A DNA stretch of 64,000 bases from Magnetococcus sp. DMHC-6 (GTDB lineage: Bacteria > Pseudomonadota > Magnetococcia > Magnetococcales > JADFZT01), in contig JAMOAW010000004.1 in the NCBI GenBank assembly GCA_039908535.1, positions 2,909 through 66,908 of the forward strand. The letters run 5' to 3'. The translations under genes were made by a program, and so were the position numbers. Below are positions 1-9,103 of this stretch, piece after piece (the stretch's first letter is position 1; every line of letters begins with the position of its first letter). Below the pieces are notes generated by a model that worked only from the letters and a program-made list of their open reading frames with translations, had not been told where the DNA came from and did no database searches.

Positions 1-268
1 GTTCCCCTGTGCTGGCCAAATGGCGATCCAAACAGTTATAAGAGACATTCAGCCTCCCCCCTTCAAACCAGCGAATATGAGCCTTGGTAAAGTCATACTC
101 CAAAACCTTATCCCACTTTTTAATCCAAGTCAGACGTTGTTCGGCCTGTTCGGCCCAAAATCCTTCGCTGTCTTCTATAGAACGACGATACATAGAGGCA
201 TACGTTTCTGCATCAATGTGAGCATGAGCCGCCACACCTAAAGAAACAGGATATGTTTTATCACTCAT
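1..268 (-). CDS. acs: acetyl-CoA synthetase, N-terminal ~89 codons (gene runs off the left edge)
   Basis: Manual minus-strand translation from ATG 268-266: MSDKTYPVSLGVAAHAHIDAETYASMYRRSIEDSEGFWAEQAEQRLTWIKKWDKVLEYDFTKAHIRWFEGGRLNVSYNCLDRHLASTG. This is colinear with the conserved Acs N-terminus (FW...W..V......I.WF.GG.LN...NCLDRHL). It is absent from the ORF track because there is no stop in the window. Confidence 0.8.
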   Translation of the reverse strand, partial: MSDKTYPVSLGVAAHAHIDAETYASMYRRSIEDSEGFWAEQAEQRLTWIKKWDKVLEYDFTKAHIRWFEGGRLNVSYNCLDRHLASTGE

Positions 269-324
269 AAAATTTCCTCCAAAAATTTTTAAAAAAAATG
301 GGGTTGGAAACTTCGTCCCTCAAA

Positions 325-390
325 GTTTTGCTTTTTTAAAGATCAAACCCTGGGGGATGACTCCCCCAGACCCCCTCTTTTTTTTTAGGA
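325..390. repeat. one-arm copy of the G5/C5-hairpin repeat family
   Basis: Core caaaccctgggggatgactcccccagaccccctcttttttttt. Closest to the copies at 46266-46330 and 54890-54932. Overlaps the last ~17 codons and the stop of cca. Confidence 0.8.
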
Positions 391-1628
391 ACTAAGAGCT
401 TGAAGGGCGATTCTTTTAAAACCGAACGCACCCGCCCGATCCGCGCCAAACGCACCGCCTCACCGATGTCAGGACCACGCAGACCTTGTGCCAAAAAATC
501 CCCACCCTTTATTTCAGCACAAAGGTACCGACATTCACGTAGAAAATCGGCCTGCGGATAATATATATTTTGCGCACTCCCACGCCCCTGGGCATCGGAT
601 TGACAAGCCAAAAGTGCTAATTCAAAAAAATCACTCTGCTCAAACGCCCCCAACGCCTCCAATAAACGAACAATCTGCGCTGGTCGCATCGCTAATACCC
701 GATGACAACGCAGATGCTCTTGGGCCACAATGACCCCAAGTTTAATAAATTCATGGCTTATACGCAAACGCCGCCCAAACGCAATCACCCCTTCCCCGCC
801 CCTTTTTTCATGGCCAATATGGCGTGGCAGTTCCGACATTGGGGTCTCCCCTTTGCCAAGATCGTGCACCAACGCCGCAAAACGGACCCGAAGATCACTG
901 GAAAGAATAGCCGCTTGATCTAAAACCATGAGAGTATGCACCCAGGCATCCCCTTCTGGGTGATAATGAAGAGGTTGACTCTTGCCAATCAAGGCATGCA
1001 ACTGAGGAAAAACAACAGCTAACGCACCACACTGTTCCAATAGAGAAAAAAACAAACTGGGCTTTGGCGTTGCCAACCCTTTGATCGTCTCCATCCAAAC
1101 CCGCTCTGGGGTTAAATCGTCAAGCTCCCCAGATTGGGTTATTTTAACAATTTCTGCGCGCATTTCTGGGGCCAACTGAAATCCAAAGGGGTATAATTCT
1201 GCCCAAAAACGAGCCACACGTAACACCCGCAACGGATCTTCGGCAAAAGCCTGAGAGACTGGACGCAAAAGGCGGTGCTGTAAATCCTCTTGCCCCCCAA
1301 AAAAATCAATCAACCGTCCCTGTTCATCTATAGCCATGGCATTGATGGTAAGATCACGCCGGTATAAATCATCTCGCAAAGTCACTTCGGGACCGCTAAA
1401 TACCTCAAAACCGCGATATCCCCGCCCAACTTTGCTCTCCTGACGCGCCATGGCATACGCTTCACCGGTTTTTGGATGCAAAAAAACGGGAAATCCCCGT
1501 CCAACCGATTTAAATCCCAACAAACATAACTCTTGCGCCGTGCCCCCCACCACCACCCAATCGCGATCACGCCACGTGCGCCCCAATAAACCATCACGCA
1601 CACAACCGCCCACCTGATAAAATTGCAT
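336..1628 (-). CDS. cca: CCA-adding tRNA nucleotidyltransferase with C-terminal HD domain
   Basis: 430-aa ORF. N-terminal nucleotidyltransferase motif GGCVRDGLLGR..DRDWVV and an HD motif (ALVHDLGK). Starts 7 nt after the rtcB stop. Confidence 0.85.
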   Translation of the reverse strand: MQFYQVGGCVRDGLLGRTWRDRDWVVVGGTAQELCLLGFKSVGRGFPVFLHPKTGEAYAMARQESKVGRGYRGFEVFSGPEVTLRDDLYRRDLTINAMAIDEQGRLIDFFGGQEDLQHRLLRPVSQAFAEDPLRVLRVARFWAELYPFGFQLAPEMRAEIVKITQSGELDDLTPERVWMETIKGLATPKPSLFFSLLEQCGALAVVFPQLHALIGKSQPLHYHPEGDAWVHTLMVLDQAAILSSDLRVRFAALVHDLGKGETPMSELPRHIGHEKRGGEGVIAFGRRLRISHEFIKLGVIVAQEHLRCHRVLAMRPAQIVRLLEALGAFEQSDFFELALLACQSDAQGRGSAQNIYYPQADFLRECRYLCAEIKGGDFLAQGLRGPDIGEAVRLARIGRVRSVLKESPFKLLVPKKKEGVWGSHPPGFDL

Positions 1629-1635
1629 CGCTTCT

Positions 1636-2859
1636 CTAACCTTTAATGCACACCACTTGACGTAATATTTGAACGGTCTCTACCAGATCACTTTGATGGG
1701 CCATGACCTGATCAATATCCTTATATGCGCCAGGAATTTCATCCAAAACATCAGCATCCTTGCGACACTCAATCCCTGCAGTCTGATGAATTAAATCGGT
1801 CGTATTAAAATGACGTTGGGCCTCAGAGCGGCTCATGCGCCGTCCCGCACCATGGGCACAAGAGTAAAAAGAATCGGCTTGGCCCAAACCAGACACAATA
1901 TAAGAACAAGCCCCCATAGAACCAGGAATAATGCCCAACTCCCCAACTCCAGCCCGCACCGCCCCCTTGCGAGTGATCCAGACCTGCTTGCCAAAATGCG
2001 TCTCTTGCGCCAAATAGTTGTGATGACAATCAATCGGCTTTTGATCGATTTGAATCGGTCTTTCCAGCACACGACTCAAAGCCTTCAGGACGGCAGTCAC
2101 CATAAATTTTCGATTGGCGCGGGCATACCTCAAAGCCCACTGCACACAAGCCAGATAATCTTTAAAAAACACGCTATCTTCTTCCAACCAAGCCAAGTCT
2201 AAATCAGGTAACGACATTTTACGCCGTTTCACCTCTTTTTTAGCCAGGTCAATAAAATAAGTTCCAATCCGATTACCCACCCCCCGCGAGCCAGAATGGA
2301 GCATCAACCAAACACCCTCCTGAGGATCCAGGCAAAGTTCAATAAAATGATTTCCCGTTCCCAACGTGCCTAAATGGTGGAGGGTGTTGACGCGTTTGCT
2401 AAATAATTGCGGATGACGTTGAACAACATGGGAGAGCTCTCTTGCAACGCTATGGTTGCGCCAATAATGTTCAATCTCCGCAGGTACCTCATGCCAAGCA
2501 CCCCGATCCCCAGGACCACCATTGTTGGTTCGTCCATGGGGCACCGCTTTTTCAATGGCTTGACGCAATAAAACCATATCCGAACCAAGATCTGTTTTTT
2601 TTAAAGATAATTTTTGTACACAAATCCCACAACCAATATCCACCCCCACCGCAGCAGGCATCACCGCACCCTGAGTGGCAATCACCGAACCAATCGTTGC
2701 CCCCATCCCCACATGCACATCCGGCATCGCCGCTACATGGTGAAACACAAATGGCATTTGAGCAACATTTAAAAGTTGCGCACGCGCCAACGCTTCGATT
2801 TCATCGGTATAAATTTTAACAGGCACCCGACCACCAGTTAAAATTTCACAAACAGGCAT
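1636..2859 (-). CDS. rtcB: RtcB-family RNA 3'-phosphate/5'-OH ligase
   Basis: 407 aa with the RtcB signature blocks DIGCGI, GTLGTGNHFIE, HSGSRGVGN, HHNY, IIPGSMG and SCAHGAGR. Confidence 0.9.
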   Translation of the reverse strand: MPVCEILTGGRVPVKIYTDEIEALARAQLLNVAQMPFVFHHVAAMPDVHVGMGATIGSVIATQGAVMPAAVGVDIGCGICVQKLSLKKTDLGSDMVLLRQAIEKAVPHGRTNNGGPGDRGAWHEVPAEIEHYWRNHSVARELSHVVQRHPQLFSKRVNTLHHLGTLGTGNHFIELCLDPQEGVWLMLHSGSRGVGNRIGTYFIDLAKKEVKRRKMSLPDLDLAWLEEDSVFFKDYLACVQWALRYARANRKFMVTAVLKALSRVLERPIQIDQKPIDCHHNYLAQETHFGKQVWITRKGAVRAGVGELGIIPGSMGACSYIVSGLGQADSFYSCAHGAGRRMSRSEAQRHFNTTDLIHQTAGIECRKDADVLDEIPGAYKDIDQVMAHQSDLVETVQILRQVVCIKG

Positions 2860-2951
2860 ATACGTTCCTAACTTGCAAAAAATTATATAGATTCAACCAA
2901 AACCTCATAAATAGCCTGCGTGAATATGCAACATGTTCGTCTCTCTTGGCT

Positions 2952-3248
2952 CTATTTTCCAAACAACGCCTTTGCTGCGGCAAAAGGATCTTCTTTAAGG
3001 ACGATATGTTTTATCCCCGGGTTGTCTGTTGGTCTAAAATAGTCACAAAAATTGGCCTCATCTTTTTCCACCACCCGATCTGCTTGATTCTCTTGGCATT
3101 GATTATAATAATCAACATCGTAAAAAATACAGTTCAAACACACACGGGTCTCTTTGAGACATTTTGGACAATCGTCAGAACGTCCATAATTGTCAGAATA
3201 TAAAACTTCGCCACAATGATAACAACTACCTACTCTATCTGATGCCAT
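2952..3248 (-). CDS. small Cys-rich (zinc-ribbon-like) protein, function unknown
   Basis: 98 aa with three CxxC pairs (CYHC, CPKC, CLNC) plus two further Cys. The antisense ORF 2946-3203 looks like low-complexity noise. Confidence 0.5.
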   Translation of the reverse strand: MASDRVGSCYHCGEVLYSDNYGRSDDCPKCLKETRVCLNCIFYDVDYYNQCQENQADRVVEKDEANFCDYFRPTDNPGIKHIVLKEDPFAAAKALFGK

Positions 3249-3269
3249 TTTATCCCCCTGGCCTCCTAA

Positions 3270-4181
3270 CTAATGGACCCTTCGCCAATTAAAAGTATCC
3301 GCCACAGAAAAAGTATCAGAATTTTCATCATACAAAAGCATTTCCCCTAGCAGATCACCACCCCGAATCCAAATTCTGATATATTCATAGTTGATATCCC
3401 CTCCAGAATAAAGATCATTTGGAAGCCTGGAAATAAAATGGGGCGGAGATCCTCCCCCACCACTGGTAATATAATGAACATCAGCGTCTATAAAACGTTC
3501 ATAATTATGAAAATGCCCTGAAAGAACCAACGCAACTGGAGCCCCTCCGCGCTGCTTGCCAGCAAATAAAGGACGCAATTCATCCGAATAATCATTAATA
3601 TATTTTTCTTTGGCACTGATCAGAGGTTCATGGATAGACACAACCACCACATCCGTAACTTGTGTCTTTTGCAATTGCGCCTCCAACCACACCCTTTGCG
3701 GCGAACCCGATTTAAGATCGGTTTGACTATTCAGTCCCAAAAATTTAAATTGCCCACAAGAATAAGAGTACCATTGCGATCCCTTTAGCTCTGGAAAACG
3801 TTTGAAATAGTTTGCAAGTCCTTTAAAATTCCACACATGGTTTAATAAAATTTCATGGTTGCCAATAATTGGCAAAAAAGGAACCCCCAATTCTTTTAAT
3901 GTGCCCTCCTCCCGGTCAAATTGTGCCCAAAGTTCATCGCTCGCATTGGCCACCATATCTCCTAAATGCATAATAATATCGGGTTTTTCTTTTTTAATCG
4001 CCGTCAATATACGCAATTTTGCAATATGATAAGGAGTTCTACTATCACCAAAAACATTTATCTTAATAGATTCCAATGGCTTAGAACAGACCAACTCCGT
4101 CTGATCCCCCATGGCCATCCGAGTCGTATGGCACCCCAACACCAAAACAAAAAATAAAATAAAAACCAATCGTTTATTCAT
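3270..4181 (-). CDS. calcineurin-like metallophosphoesterase, probable lipoprotein
   Basis: Motifs GDSR, GDMV, GNHE and SGHFHNYER. The likely start is the internal ATG at 4181, giving MNKRLVFILFFVLVLGC with a lipobox. The ORF track start at 4220 is less likely. Confidence 0.7.
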   Translation of the reverse strand: MNKRLVFILFFVLVLGCHTTRMAMGDQTELVCSKPLESIKINVFGDSRTPYHIAKLRILTAIKKEKPDIIMHLGDMVANASDELWAQFDREEGTLKELGVPFLPIIGNHEILLNHVWNFKGLANYFKRFPELKGSQWYSYSCGQFKFLGLNSQTDLKSGSPQRVWLEAQLQKTQVTDVVVVSIHEPLISAKEKYINDYSDELRPLFAGKQRGGAPVALVLSGHFHNYERFIDADVHYITSGGGGSPPHFISRLPNDLYSGGDINYEYIRIWIRGGDLLGEMLLYDENSDTFSVADTFNWRRVH

Positions 4182-4340
4182 TTTTTGCCAATGTACCCCA
4201 CTAAAATCGATAAAAAACATATTTTTATATCCTATCTATAAAACAATTTATTTTGCAATCATACCCTATTATACCCCTATCCAAAGTTCTATGGAATTGA
4301 ATTTAATCAAACATAGAGACAACTCCTAAAAAAAAGCGTA

Positions 4341-4370
4341 AAAAAAAGGTGGACGTCTAAAACGTCCACC
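4341..4370 (-). terminator. Rho-independent terminator after dsrL
   Basis: Perfect 9-bp stem ggtggacgt/acgtccacc (4348-4356 / 4362-4370) with a 5-nt loop. A7 on the plus strand (4341-4347) forms the minus-strand T tail. Lies 28 nt downstream of the dsrL stop. Confidence 0.8.
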
Positions 4371-4397
4371 TTTTCTCATCCAGCTGATAAACCCTTT

Positions 4398-6284
4398 TTA
4401 CTGCCCCATCCCCATTTGAATATATCCACATGGGCACGCCATTTGGCACACATGACATCCTGTGCAACGGGTATAGTCGGTAAACATCACCCGTCCCTTG
4501 GGACGCTTATAATCACGATGAATAGCCTCTTGAGGACAGAAAATCCGGCACTGATCACAGACCATACAAAGACCACAACTCAAACACCGTTTGGACTCAG
4601 CCAAACCTTGTTCAAGAGTTAACGTCTGGGCAATCTCTTGAAAGCCAGTAATAGCCTCTTCGGAAGAGATACATGTCTCCTCATTCCGGGGTGCGGGTGG
4701 ATAAAATGTCATCCGCATTTCCGTATGCCGTACTGGACGCCCTTTGTGGGGAAGCTGATAATACGTACCACTCAAATAGCCATCGATGGCACGAGCCGCC
4801 ACGCGACCTTGTCCTACCGAACGGGTTGAAATACCAAGACCCAAAACATCACCGCCAGCAAAAACCCCTTTTTCTTGGGTTTCCATAATATTATTGGCTT
4901 CCACAAAGCCCCATTTATTGGCCAAAGAGGTCATCCCCTCTTCCAATTCAGGAACCTGTCCAACACCAACAATAACGGTATCTGCTTCCAATAAAAACTC
5001 CGAACCAGGAATAGGAACCGGACTCCGACGACCAGATTTGTCCGGGGCTCCCAATTCCATACGAATACATCTAATGGCCGTGGCTCGACCACCTTCGGTG
5101 ACAAAACCCACGGGAGCTGCCAAAAATTCAAAGCGGATTCCTTCCTCTTCGGCCTCTTTGACATCTTTGGCAATAGCGGGCATCTCTTCTTTGGTACGAC
5201 GATACAAAATGGTCACCTGTGAACCAACACGTTTGGCCACACGCGCAGAATCCATGGCCGGCTTTTGGGCAGCAGATTCATGACCAATCAATTCAACCTG
5301 TTCATCAATTGCTTTTTGCGCAGCCTCCATGCCTGCGGTATCATGAGCCTTTTCAGCCGCTTCCCACTCTTCTTCTAAATCAGAATGCAAACGCAAAGAG
5401 ACACGCGCCGCATCCACAGCACTATCCCCACCACCAATCACCACCACCTTGGCACCAATTTCTACCTTGGCTCCGGTGTTGACTCGGTTCAGAAAACCAG
5501 CCCCAGTAAAAACATTGGCCGAGTTTTCCCCTTCAACGCCTAAATTACTCCCTTTGTGCGCCCCAATGCCAATATAAACCGCATCAAAATCTTCTTGAAG
5601 CTTTTTAAAAGAGATATCGCGTCCAACACGAATATTACACTTAAGCTCTACCCCAAGATCCAAAATATTTTGAATTTCTGCGTCTAAAACAGCCTCTGGG
5701 AGACGATAAGAGGGAATACCATAACGCAACATACCACCTGGTTTTTCAAATGCTTCAAAGATGGTCACACCATATCCACGCCGGACCAGTTGATACGCAC
5801 AAGAAAGACCCGTAGGACCAGAACCGATAACGGCAATTCGTTTGCCCTTTTTCTTATCGGTAAGCATCTTTAGCTTAAGCTTGCGTTTGAGGCCATGATC
5901 GCCAATAAAACGTTCCATATTGTTAATGGCAACCGCCCCATCCTCAAGGTGCTGCCGGTTACAACCGGTCTCACAAGGGTGAGGACAAATGCGACCATGT
6001 ATGGCTGGCATCGGGTTTTTATCGGTCAAAATCCCCCATGCTTCATCCATGGCTTCTTCCAGAGGCCTTTTTAACAAATTGGCTTGGGCTATGGTGGTTA
6101 AATAACCGCGAATATCCTCACTGCTGGGACATTCGTTGCGGCAAGGCGGCAATCTTTGGACGTAAGTAGGACATTTATAGCTACGGGCATTGCGGACAAT
6201 GATCTGCTCAATCTCCCCAACTCCCAGCGTGGCTTCCACATCCGCCCGAGTATGCCCCTTGCTCAGGATAGTCGTTTCAATCAT
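4398..6284 (-). CDS. dsrL: GltD-like NAD(P)H:acceptor iron-sulfur flavoprotein with C-terminal 2x[4Fe-4S] ferredoxin domain (DsrL-like)
   Basis: 628 aa. N-terminal Fe-S cysteines (PPCRNECP, ICPHPCETGCN), dinucleotide folds (VIGSGPTGLSCA, VVVIGGGDSAVD) and a C-terminal CLSCGLCMVCDQC...CTGCHVCQMACPC. Lies directly downstream of dsrAB. Confidence 0.6.
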   Translation of the reverse strand: MIETTILSKGHTRADVEATLGVGEIEQIIVRNARSYKCPTYVQRLPPCRNECPSSEDIRGYLTTIAQANLLKRPLEEAMDEAWGILTDKNPMPAIHGRICPHPCETGCNRQHLEDGAVAINNMERFIGDHGLKRKLKLKMLTDKKKGKRIAVIGSGPTGLSCAYQLVRRGYGVTIFEAFEKPGGMLRYGIPSYRLPEAVLDAEIQNILDLGVELKCNIRVGRDISFKKLQEDFDAVYIGIGAHKGSNLGVEGENSANVFTGAGFLNRVNTGAKVEIGAKVVVIGGGDSAVDAARVSLRLHSDLEEEWEAAEKAHDTAGMEAAQKAIDEQVELIGHESAAQKPAMDSARVAKRVGSQVTILYRRTKEEMPAIAKDVKEAEEEGIRFEFLAAPVGFVTEGGRATAIRCIRMELGAPDKSGRRSPVPIPGSEFLLEADTVIVGVGQVPELEEGMTSLANKWGFVEANNIMETQEKGVFAGGDVLGLGISTRSVGQGRVAARAIDGYLSGTYYQLPHKGRPVRHTEMRMTFYPPAPRNEETCISSEEAITGFQEIAQTLTLEQGLAESKRCLSCGLCMVCDQCRIFCPQEAIHRDYKRPKGRVMFTDYTRCTGCHVCQMACPCGYIQMGMGQ

Positions 6285-6332
6285 ACGTCTGCTCCTAAGT
6301 AAAGTTTTGGCGAAAAATAATGTGCATCTCTA

Positions 6333-7406
6333 TTAGAGACGGACATGGGAGGACCGGTTTAACGTAGACAAGGCATCAACACCATCTTCGATATGATAAC
6401 GGGTAAATTCAAACCCAGTTTTTTCAAAAAAGCGTTTCCAACCGATCCGTTCGATCCACTCGCCAACCCGCTCCCAGGGTTTACCATCCTCTTTATAAGC
6501 TTTCAGGATTGTCTTGACGGCTTCAGAAATCTCTGGCCAACGAGGTGGTTTGTTGGGCAAACCCCAAACAGCCAACCGATGAAAAGAGGGACCACTACGG
6601 GTACTGGCCGATTTACCACCCACCCAAATGGAAAGGGTATCGGTATCTGAATCCCGAATCTCCATACTGGGGCATTGACCATGGCAGGCACCACAATACA
6701 TACATTTTTCTGCCACAACATGAACCGTCTCTTTGCCATTGACAACATCTGGGCGAATCGCCGCAACCGGACACACCGCAACAACTTTCGGCAGTTCACA
6801 AATCTGCATGTTGTCATGGTTGATACGCGGGGGATGATGATGCTGAACAATAATAGAAATGTCCGCCTGACTGGCACAGTTGATCTGGCAACAAGAACTG
6901 GAAATTTTAACGCGATTCGGGAAGGTCTCTGTTTTAAAATCATCAATCAAAGAGTCCAACAACGCCTTCACCGCACCAGCAGCATCACTGGCAGGAAGAT
7001 TACAGTGCAACCAACCCTGCGTACACACTACATTGGAAACCGAAGGGCCCGTGCCTCCCAAAGGAAAACCCAGTGTCTCTTCGACATCCTTGATTAATGG
7101 GGCCAGATCAGCCTCGTTGTCCAGCAAAAATTCAACGTTGCTACGGGTGGTAAAACGCAAAAATCCTTTGCAATATTTGTCGGCAATCACACAAATTTGC
7201 CGAATCAAATCCGCACTCATGGTCCGGGGAGAACCTGCACGGACGGTGTATAGCTTATCCCCATTGTTGGCTACATGAACCAAAACACCTGGTCTGAGCC
7301 GCTCATGGTAATCCCATTGCCCATAGTTTTTGGCCATCATGGGGTGAAGATATTTTGTATAATCGGGTGCGCCCTGATCCCGTGGCGCCATCTCGGTCTT
7401 GCTCAT
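6333..7406 (-). CDS. dsrB: dissimilatory-type sulfite reductase beta subunit
   Basis: Conserved TQGWLHC and CCQINC blocks plus an inserted ferredoxin domain (CPVAAI...CMYCGACHGQCP). ATG at 7406 (MSKTEMAPRD) is preferred over the TTG at 7466. Confidence 0.8.
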   Translation of the reverse strand: MSKTEMAPRDQGAPDYTKYLHPMMAKNYGQWDYHERLRPGVLVHVANNGDKLYTVRAGSPRTMSADLIRQICVIADKYCKGFLRFTTRSNVEFLLDNEADLAPLIKDVEETLGFPLGGTGPSVSNVVCTQGWLHCNLPASDAAGAVKALLDSLIDDFKTETFPNRVKISSSCCQINCASQADISIIVQHHHPPRINHDNMQICELPKVVAVCPVAAIRPDVVNGKETVHVVAEKCMYCGACHGQCPSMEIRDSDTDTLSIWVGGKSASTRSGPSFHRLAVWGLPNKPPRWPEISEAVKTILKAYKEDGKPWERVGEWIERIGWKRFFEKTGFEFTRYHIEDGVDALSTLNRSSHVRL

Positions 7407-7475
7407 GGTTTCTTTTTCCTTTTCAACTTTTGACAAATAATATCCGGCAATACGTTGTCTAACCAATTAGGCCAA

Positions 7476-8756
7476 TTAGGCCGACTCGGAAGCCTCGGCT
7501 TCCCTCTGCCAGACTGAAGGATTTTGTTTCTGCTCACCGTCAAACTTGTTCGGAGCCAACTCCTCAAACTTGATATAGCAGCTGGAACGGGTCTGTTTAA
7601 TCATCTGTGGATCCGGTTCAATCCCCAAACGATCCAAGAAAACACCCAAACCAATCCGCTTGACAAACTCACCAATCCGTTCGTGATCCATGCCGTTATC
7701 GTTCCAGAATTCCCATACTCGATCAATCAAATCGGTCAAATTATCCAAGTCTTCGTCGGTCTCCAGTTTCATGAAAGGAACCAAAACAAAAGCCATGGTA
7801 TCGCCAACAATCAAGGTCCGCTTGCCACCCAAGAGAATCGTTGCCCCACGATCCTTACCAGGCTTTAAAGCCTTATGCATCACATTGATACAGTGCATAC
7901 AACGAACACAGTTTTCGTTATCAACCACCAGCTCTTTGCCTTTGATAGAGAGGCATTTTGTTGGGCAACGGGTCAACACGTTGTCGATAAGATTTTCGAT
8001 CCCTTTGGTATCTATGAATTCAGCAACTTTTGCCTGATCTACCTGCATGGGGCCACGCCAAGTCCCAATGATAGGCATGTCGGAGCGGTGCATGGAGTTG
8101 GAGCAGTCGTTGGCGCAACCAGAGAGTTTAAATTTAAACTTATAGACAAATTCGGGACGATGCAAAAAGGCGATATAGGTATCGGTGATATGCTTCGTCA
8201 CTTTCATCGTATCAAAACAGGACATCTCGCAACGGGCATCACCTACACAACATTGCAAAGTACGCAACGCCGCTCCAGAACCACCAATATCCCATCCTTG
8301 ATGCATGAGATCTTCGGCAACGGCCATAGAGCCTTTATCGTCAAAACCTAGCAGTAAAATATCTCCCGTCATGCCATGCAGCTGAATAATTCCTGCTCCA
8401 TGTTTCTCTGAGGCATCTGCCAAGCTGCGCAGAGCAGCCGTTGAATAGACCCAACCCGATGGTTCAATAATACGCACGGTATGAAAATTGGCCAAACCAG
8501 GATATTTATCCGCCTTATCCGATACACGAGCAATCACGCCCCCACCATATCCGGGGACATTGATAATTTTTCCCTGCCAATAGTTCCATCTATTTTGGTA
8601 TGACTCCTCAAGTTGATTGAGAAGTTCTGCAACCACAGGCTTTTTCTCTGACCAAGCTTTTAGATCCTTGACAAAACTCGGCCAGGGGCCAGTCAATAAT
8701 TCATCCAGCATGGGTAATGACAACGGTGTTTGCAACGCTTCGTTCTTCTGACTCAT
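7476..8756 (-). CDS. dsrA: dissimilatory-type sulfite reductase alpha subunit
   Basis: N-terminus PMLDELLTGPWPSFV, siroheme/[4Fe-4S] cysteines CCVGDARC...CANDC, and a ferredoxin insert CPTKC...CVRCMHC. The ATG at 8756 is preceded by GAGGAG. Confidence 0.8.
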   Translation of the reverse strand: MSQKNEALQTPLSLPMLDELLTGPWPSFVKDLKAWSEKKPVVAELLNQLEESYQNRWNYWQGKIINVPGYGGGVIARVSDKADKYPGLANFHTVRIIEPSGWVYSTAALRSLADASEKHGAGIIQLHGMTGDILLLGFDDKGSMAVAEDLMHQGWDIGGSGAALRTLQCCVGDARCEMSCFDTMKVTKHITDTYIAFLHRPEFVYKFKFKLSGCANDCSNSMHRSDMPIIGTWRGPMQVDQAKVAEFIDTKGIENLIDNVLTRCPTKCLSIKGKELVVDNENCVRCMHCINVMHKALKPGKDRGATILLGGKRTLIVGDTMAFVLVPFMKLETDEDLDNLTDLIDRVWEFWNDNGMDHERIGEFVKRIGLGVFLDRLGIEPDPQMIKQTRSSCYIKFEELAPNKFDGEQKQNPSVWQREAEASESA

Positions 8757-9103
8757 TCTGCAGCTCCTCTCGTTCAAATAAATCCAAGGCATCCTGGCTT
8801 TGGAAGGATAAATACCGCTTCTCTAATGTACACGGTACGTAAAACAATCAGCCATGACAACGGGGTATTATGGGTATGTTGAAACTAGATTTTAGCACTC
8901 TTTTGGCTCATCTGACAAATAGAAAAATAGAAAATTAAGATATTCTTATATTAAAATTTTGTCGTTTTCTTACCTGCCACTCACATCTAAACTAAGAGTA
9001 TACCAAGAGGAAAAAAATTCCCTCTTTTTTTTATATAAAGGTATTTTTTTCCATTTTTAATCGTACACTCATTCCAAAAAAAGGATTAAAATTTATCAAT
9101 AAA

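Noticed and set aside
20-241. 73-aa plus-strand ORF at the left edge
   Set aside because: The opposite strand encodes an unmistakable acetyl-CoA synthetase N-terminus across the same bases. The plus ORF has no motif and is antisense noise.
4398-6284. Annotation as glutamate synthase small subunit (gltD)
   Set aside because: No gltB is adjacent. The protein has an extra C-terminal 2x[4Fe-4S] ferredoxin domain and sits 48 nt downstream of dsrB. DsrL-like is the better reading, though only phylogeny can settle it.
6393-8351. Numerous 65-158-aa antisense or alternate-frame ORFs inside dsrA and dsrB
   Set aside because: They are fully nested in genes with strong Dsr motifs and are composition-driven, with no motifs of their own.
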